Position numbers and translations under genes: made by a program. From Thermoplasmata archaeon (GTDB taxonomy: Archaea; Thermoplasmatota; Thermoplasmata; Lutacidiplasmatales; UBA184): 64,000 nucleotides of DNA. Shown here in pieces: positions 59,744 through 64,000 of this stretch. The notes beneath the pieces are model-generated. The model ran no database searches. It saw only the letters and a program-made list of their open reading frames with translations, and had not been told where the DNA came from. The stretch lies in NCBI GenBank assembly GCA_038729445.1, contig JAVYSA010000002.1, positions 1,064 through 65,063 on the forward strand, given 5' to 3'. Position 1 is the stretch's first letter, and every line of letters begins with the position of its first letter.

Positions 59744-59792
59744 CCGTGCCGCGGGATAAGCCCGGGGGCCCGAGGACAGCGGGCGGCGAGCA

Positions 59793-59799
59793 TATAATC
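59793..59799 (+). promoter_or_regulatory. TATA box (ATATAAT) 21 nt upstream of the CBS-protein ATG (leaderless); near-palindromic, so possibly also serving the divergent ABC operon
   Basis: gagcatataatcgg lies in the 77-bp divergent spacer. Confidence 0.5.
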
Positions 59800-59820
59800 G
59801 GCCCGGCGCTCGCCCTTCGG

Positions 59821-60264
59821 ATGGGCCTAACCGCGAAGGACATCATGGATCCGACAGTCCTCATCGTGGACGGGGAACTCGACGTCCTTGCGTGCGTTCG
59901 CCTCATGGTTGACCACGGCAGCGGCTATGCCATCACGGCGGGGGTCGATCATCCCGTGGGCGGAATCTTCACGGAGCATGACGTGCTCTCCCGTGTGCTG
60001 GTGCCCGGCCTCGATCCGGCCACGGTCAAGGTCCGCGAGGTCGCCACGATACCGGTCATCACCTGTCCGTTCGACCTCCCCATGGACGAGGTCGCCTCCC
60101 GGATGGCCGAGCACCGGATCCGGCGGATCGTGGTCACCCACGGGCACGAGGTCGTCGGGGTCGTCACCTCCCGCCATGTCCTGAGCTACTTCCGCCACTT
60201 CGCCGACCAGCTGAGCGGGGACATCGCCAAGTTCGGCACCAACCCCCCGACCACGGGCCTGTGA
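59821..60264 (+). CDS. CBS-domain pair protein (147 aa)
   Basis: LTAKDIMDPTVLIVDGELDVLACVRLMVDHGSGYAIT...GIFTEHDVLSRV and VREVATIPVITCPFDLPMDEVASRMAEHRIRRIVVTHGHEVVGVVTSRHVL. Confidence 0.8.
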   Translation: MGLTAKDIMDPTVLIVDGELDVLACVRLMVDHGSGYAITAGVDHPVGGIFTEHDVLSRVLVPGLDPATVKVREVATIPVITCPFDLPMDEVASRMAEHRIRRIVVTHGHEVVGVVTSRHVLSYFRHFADQLSGDIAKFGTNPPTTGL

Positions 60265-60308
60265 ACCCCCCGCGCTCGTAGCCCCGCGGGGCCGGGAGTC
60301 CCGAGGGC

Positions 60309-61766
60309 ATGCAGTACAAGTGGCTCGTGCTGTCGAACACCACCGTCGCCACCCTGATGGCGGCGATCGACACCAACATCGTGCTCATCGCGCTTCCGAC
60401 CATCGGCGCGAAGCTCCCGGGCTCCAGTCCCGCGAGCCTCCTGTGGATCCTCCTCGGCTACTCGCTGGTCACCGCGGTCGTCCTGCTCAATTTCGGACGG
60501 CTCTCCGACATGTTCGGCCGGGTCCGCCTCTACGTCATCGGCTTCGCGGTCTTCACCGTCGGTTCCCTCCTCTGCGGTCTCAGCCAGACCGGGATCGAGC
60601 TGGTCGGCTTCCGCATGGTCCAGGCGGTGGGCGCGGGGTTCCTCTTCTCCAACTCGGCCGCGATCATCACCGATGCCTTTCCTCCGGGCGAGCGGGGACG
60701 CGCCCTCGGAATCAACCAGGTCTCGATCGTCGCAGGCGCCGTCGTCGGCCTCGTCCTCGGGGGAATCATCACCAGCACGCTCGGATGGCCGTGGATCTTC
60801 TTCGTCAACGTGCCGATCGGTGCGATCGCGACCTACCGGGCGCACCGGGACCTCAAGGAGCCTCCCCGGCCCGAGCGCCTCGAGCCGGTGGACTGGATCG
60901 GGAACACCATGTTCGCTCTCGGCCTCGGGCTCATCCTTCTGGCCCTGACCTTCGGCTCGCTGGGGGAGTGGTCCCTGGTCGAGACGATCGCCGGCCTCGC
61001 CACGGGGGGGGTGCTGTTGCTCGCCTTCGTCGTGGTCGAGCGCATGGTCGCCTATCCGATGCTCGACCTGAGGCTCTTCCGCAACGCGCAGTTCACGGAT
61101 TCCTCGCTCGCCAGCTTCCTCAACGCCCTGGCTCGCGGCGCCTTCACCTTCGTGATGGTCTTCTACCTGCAGGGACCGCCGGACTTCCTCAGCCCGTTCG
61201 CGGCAGGGGTCGTGCTGATTCCCGTCTCGGCGTCCCTCGCGGTCGCCGGTCCCCTGAGCGGGAGCCTCTCCGATCGGTACGGACGCCGGTGGTTCATCTG
61301 GACCGGGCTCGGGGCAAGCCTCGCGGCGTTCCTCTGGCTCGCCACGATCCCGTCGGGAGCCCCGTTCGCCCTCCTCCTCGGCCCGTTCGTCCTCCTCGGT
61401 GCCGGAATGGGCCTCTTCGCGTCGCCGAACCGGGCTGCCATGATGAACGCGGTGCCCCCCTCCCACCGGGGCGTGGCCTCCGGCCTCGGCACCACGCTGC
61501 TCAACACCGGCTCGACGATCAGCCTCGGCATCACCCTCGCCGTGCTCTCTCGCGCGATGCCTCTCGCATCGCTCGAGGCGATCCTCCTCGGTCACGCCCC
61601 TGCGGGAGGTGGGATCGCCGCCGAGTTCCTCGCGGGGGTTCACCTTGTCTTCCTGCTCTCCGCGGCATTTGTCCTCGCGGCGATCGCGCTCACGGTGCTC
61701 CGGCACCGCCGATCGCAGCGACGGTTCCCCATGGATCGTCTGGCGCTCAGGGACGACGTCGCCTGA
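60309..61766 (+). CDS. MFS transporter, 14-TMS DHA2/EmrB-like (paralog of 11975..13438)
   Basis: MQYKWLVLSNTTVATLMAAIDTNIVLIALPTIGAKL...GRLSDMFGRVRLY...FRMVQAVGAGFL. Collinear with the first MFS gene. Confidence 0.85.
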   Translation: MQYKWLVLSNTTVATLMAAIDTNIVLIALPTIGAKLPGSSPASLLWILLGYSLVTAVVLLNFGRLSDMFGRVRLYVIGFAVFTVGSLLCGLSQTGIELVGFRMVQAVGAGFLFSNSAAIITDAFPPGERGRALGINQVSIVAGAVVGLVLGGIITSTLGWPWIFFVNVPIGAIATYRAHRDLKEPPRPERLEPVDWIGNTMFALGLGLILLALTFGSLGEWSLVETIAGLATGGVLLLAFVVVERMVAYPMLDLRLFRNAQFTDSSLASFLNALARGAFTFVMVFYLQGPPDFLSPFAAGVVLIPVSASLAVAGPLSGSLSDRYGRRWFIWTGLGASLAAFLWLATIPSGAPFALLLGPFVLLGAGMGLFASPNRAAMMNAVPPSHRGVASGLGTTLLNTGSTISLGITLAVLSRAMPLASLEAILLGHAPAGGGIAAEFLAGVHLVFLLSAAFVLAAIALTVLRHRRSQRRFPMDRLALRDDVA

Positions 61767-61837
61767 CCCAAGCCTTCGACGCCTTCGTTCCGTGGCACGC
61801 CTCAGACCGGCCGGCCAGAGAGAAATACGAACGGCGG

Positions 61838-62860
61838 ATGGGCGTACCGATGCCAACGGCGCCATCCCCCACCGCTCTCTCGCCTCCCCCGATCGGGAGC
61901 GGGCGACTTGTCCTGTACTCGATCGGGATCCTCCTGCTGTTCGTCGTGATCGGCGTCCTTCTCTACGATGGCGTCGTCCGGATTTCTGGAATCCCCCTCT
62001 CGGCAACGACCCTGCTCAAGCTCGTCGTCGTCGCCGCCCTGGGTGTGGCCGCGATCGTCGTGACCAACCTCCTCTTGCGGCGGACGATCGGACGGATCTG
62101 GGGCCCCCGGCGGGCGGGCCAAGTGAGCGCGATCTTCCGGATCGCTGCTTATTGCGTCCTCGCTCTCGTCCTCCTGGCCACGGCCGGAATCTCGGCGCTG
62201 GCCCTCCTAGCGGGAGGGACGTTCGCGGGGCTCGTCCTCGGTCTCGCCAGCCAGGACATCCTCTCGAGCCTCTTCGCGGGCATCGTCATCCTCGCGGTGC
62301 AACCGTACCGGATCGCCGAGCGGGTGACGATCACGACGTGGCAGTACGGTCTCATTGCGCCGTCGTACCCCCCCAAGTTCTTCTCCCAGGACTTCCTCGT
62401 GCCGGGGTTCACGGGGACGGTGCTCGACATCGGGCTGTTCTACACGCGCATCCAGACGGACGACGAGATCGAGCTGCGCCTGCCGAACAGCATCATGATC
62501 CAGGCGGCCATCCTCTCGCACGAGGTCGGCAGCCGCCCGGTCCGGACGAAGTACGAGATTCCCGCCGCGAGCCACCTCCCGCCGGACCGGGTCCTCGGCG
62601 CGCTTACCGAGGCGGTCCGCTCGAATGACTGGGTCGTCGATCCGGCCAGCGTTTCCGTTCTCATCAACCAGGCCACCGCCTCCTCGTATGTCGTGACGAT
62701 CGACGCCCGCTGCCGCGGCTCCCTCGAGGAGCCGGCGCGAAGCTCGATCCTGATCACGGCGATGCACGTCGTCCGGAACCTCTCCGAATCCGGACCCTCT
62801 TCCCCGAGCGGGCCGGGAGCTCGGGCCGCCCAGGGCGGGCGAGCCGGGCCGGTCGGCTGA
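61838..62860 (+). CDS. MscS-family mechanosensitive channel
   Basis: Three N-terminal helices are followed by GTFAGLVLGLASQDILSSLFAGIVILAVQPYRIAERVTI and a beta-domain. Start is ATG 61838. Alternatively ATG 61850, which sits 21 nt after an AAATAC patch. Confidence 0.8.
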   Translation: MGVPMPTAPSPTALSPPPIGSGRLVLYSIGILLLFVVIGVLLYDGVVRISGIPLSATTLLKLVVVAALGVAAIVVTNLLLRRTIGRIWGPRRAGQVSAIFRIAAYCVLALVLLATAGISALALLAGGTFAGLVLGLASQDILSSLFAGIVILAVQPYRIAERVTITTWQYGLIAPSYPPKFFSQDFLVPGFTGTVLDIGLFYTRIQTDDEIELRLPNSIMIQAAILSHEVGSRPVRTKYEIPAASHLPPDRVLGALTEAVRSNDWVVDPASVSVLINQATASSYVVTIDARCRGSLEEPARSSILITAMHVVRNLSESGPSSPSGPGARAAQGGRAGPVG

Positions 62861-62886
62861 AATATCGCCGTCGCCGTGACACGCCG

Positions 62887-63330
62887 ATGGAGGCGCTGCG
62901 CGAGCTCAGCCGGCGGCAGATCGACGCCCTCCGCGCCGTCCAGCGGAACGAGACCCCAGAGCGGGGCGCGTCCCTCCTGGCGGTCGCGAGACAACTCAAG
63001 ATCCGTCCCCCGTCCGCGTTGGACCATCTGACCGTGCTGGAGGAGCGGGGACTGATCGAGCGCCGGCGAGGGAAGAGTCGCCTGACACCGGCCGGTCGCA
63101 CCTGTCTGATCGACTACCTTCGGCACCACCGGGTCGCCGAGCGCCTGTTCCAACAGGCCGGCCTTTCCGCCGATGAGACCTGTCAGGCAGCGCGAGAGAT
63201 CGATCTGGCGCTCTCCCATCGTCTGGTGACCCGGATCTACCGGGCCGAGGGCTCCCCCTTGTCATGCCCGCACGGCGGGCCGATCCCCCGGATCGGGGGC
63301 CGGGACCGATCCCGGGACCGCCGCGCCTAG
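62887..63330 (+). CDS. DtxR/MntR-family metal-dependent transcriptional regulator
   Basis: SLLAVARQLKIRPPSALDHLTVLEERGLIERRRGKSRLTPAGR...LRHHRVAERLF...EIDLALSHRL...CPHG. Confidence 0.8.
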   Translation: MEALRELSRRQIDALRAVQRNETPERGASLLAVARQLKIRPPSALDHLTVLEERGLIERRRGKSRLTPAGRTCLIDYLRHHRVAERLFQQAGLSADETCQAAREIDLALSHRLVTRIYRAEGSPLSCPHGGPIPRIGGRDRSRDRRA

Positions 63331-63995
63331 GACGATCCAGGGTCTTGGGTGGGCGGTCTCGCCGCGCTCCCTCCGTCCTTCGCCTCGCGGTAGGCCCTCC
63401 ATAGGCTGGTTCCTCCGATGACGCCGACCACCGTGACGATCAGGAGGAAGGCGATGCCGATCGAGTTGAGGTTGGGGACCGGATTGCCGGTCGCAATCGC
63501 GAAGCTCTCGAGGCTCGGCAGCACGGCGATCACCGCGCCGATGAGGATGAACGCGAGACCCCCCAAATAGAGGGTCCGGGCGGCCGTGCGGCGGCCGATG
63601 CGCTGGACCTGGCTCTCGGAGAGGCGCTTGAGGCGGGCCAGGCGGGCGAAGAGAGCACCGGTGACAATCTGCATGAGCATCGTGCCGAGGCCGAACATGG
63701 CGCCGATGAGGGCGGCCCAGCCGATGTTCGGGGCCTGCGGAGCGAGCGCGAACACCAGGATCGCGGCAAACCCTCCCACGCCCCATCCGGCGATGAAGCC
63801 GTGGACCAGCGCCATGCGCAGCGAGGTCTGGCGGACCTCGCTCTCGGGCAGGGGTTTCCTCTCGGCGACGGTGGAGTGGTGCGTATGGTTCCCGAGAAAG
63901 CGGCCGAAGGCCCGCTCCATCGCGCGGTCGAATGGGACGTGAAGATCGGAACCCCGGAGGAGATACCAGCCCGCGGCGAACATCGCGATCCCCAC
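63327..63995 (-). CDS. Membrane protein with a His-rich loop (possible metal transporter); the N-terminus may lie beyond the window
   Basis: FLGNHTHHSTVAE...LVHGFIAGWGVGGFAAILVFAL...five or six helices. The GTG at 63995 is only 5 nt from the window edge and the frame is still open upstream. The 3' end overlaps the convergent DtxR gene by 4 nt. Confidence 0.55.
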   Translation of the reverse strand: MGIAMFAAGWYLLRGSDLHVPFDRAMERAFGRFLGNHTHHSTVAERKPLPESEVRQTSLRMALVHGFIAGWGVGGFAAILVFALAPQAPNIGWAALIGAMFGLGTMLMQIVTGALFARLARLKRLSESQVQRIGRRTAARTLYLGGLAFILIGAVIAVLPSLESFAIATGNPVPNLNSIGIAFLLIVTVVGVIGGTSLWRAYREAKDGGSAARPPTQDPGSS

Positions 63996-64000
63996 GCAAA

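Noticed and set aside
1-64000. Looked for CRISPR arrays, IS elements or transposases, rRNA genes and long direct or inverted nucleotide repeats
   Set aside because: None were seen. The only repeats found are the intragenic domain repeats in the thermopsin gene, the 12-bp hairpin, and homopolymer tracts. Visual inspection cannot exclude short or diverged repeats.

Overview
GC-rich archaeal chromosomal segment (roughly two-thirds G+C by eye; third codon positions of the convincing genes are almost all G/C). The lineage is most plausibly Thermoplasmatota-like. That is an inference from a thermopsin-family protease, TFB, aIF5B, archaeal-type TruD and Dpo4/DinB, and a 2-oxoacid dehydrogenase operon. 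All calls come from reading the ORF track and sequence and recognising family motifs from memory; no searches were run. I support about 55 protein genes, one tRNA-Gln, and about ten short AT-rich TATA-like islands that stand out against the GC background and helped refine start codons. Many track ORFs begin far upstream of the real start, or are antisense or off-frame, because stop codons are rare at this GC. Content is mostly core metabolism and information processing: pyruvate kinase (partial); agmatine deiminase and N-carbamoylputrescine amidase; GH15 glycosidase; HDAC-family deacetylase; TFB; aIF5B; DinB; TruD; NAD kinase and IMPase; a beta-CASP RNase; NOG1 GTPase; a tightly overlapped gcvPA-gcvPB-peptidase-PFK-isomerase-VIT1 operon; and a seven-gene 2-oxoacid dehydrogenase operon with two E1-alpha paralogs, LipB and an SDR. 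There are also several transporters (three MFS, ABC-2, MscS, VIT1). No rRNA, CRISPR array, transposase or integrase was recognisable. The best candidate for something undescribed is a co-directional block at 13464-17957 encoding three large polytopic membrane proteins I cannot assign to any family. Two of them share a repeated two-helix unit with conserved intramembrane Glu, one has a vicinal Cys pair in a helix, and the last is fused to a NapH/polyferredoxin-like 2x[4Fe-4S] module. Secondary candidates are listed here. (1) An active/degenerate KaiC-like ATPase pair upstream of dinB. (2) A small Cys/acidic ORF ahead of a B12-type radical SAM enzyme. (3) An orphan second E1-alpha. (4) A predicted PPi-dependent PFK. 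(5) A mosaic 1627-aa thermopsin surface protein. (6) A ~1.6 kb stretch next to the tRNA with no convincing coding frame.
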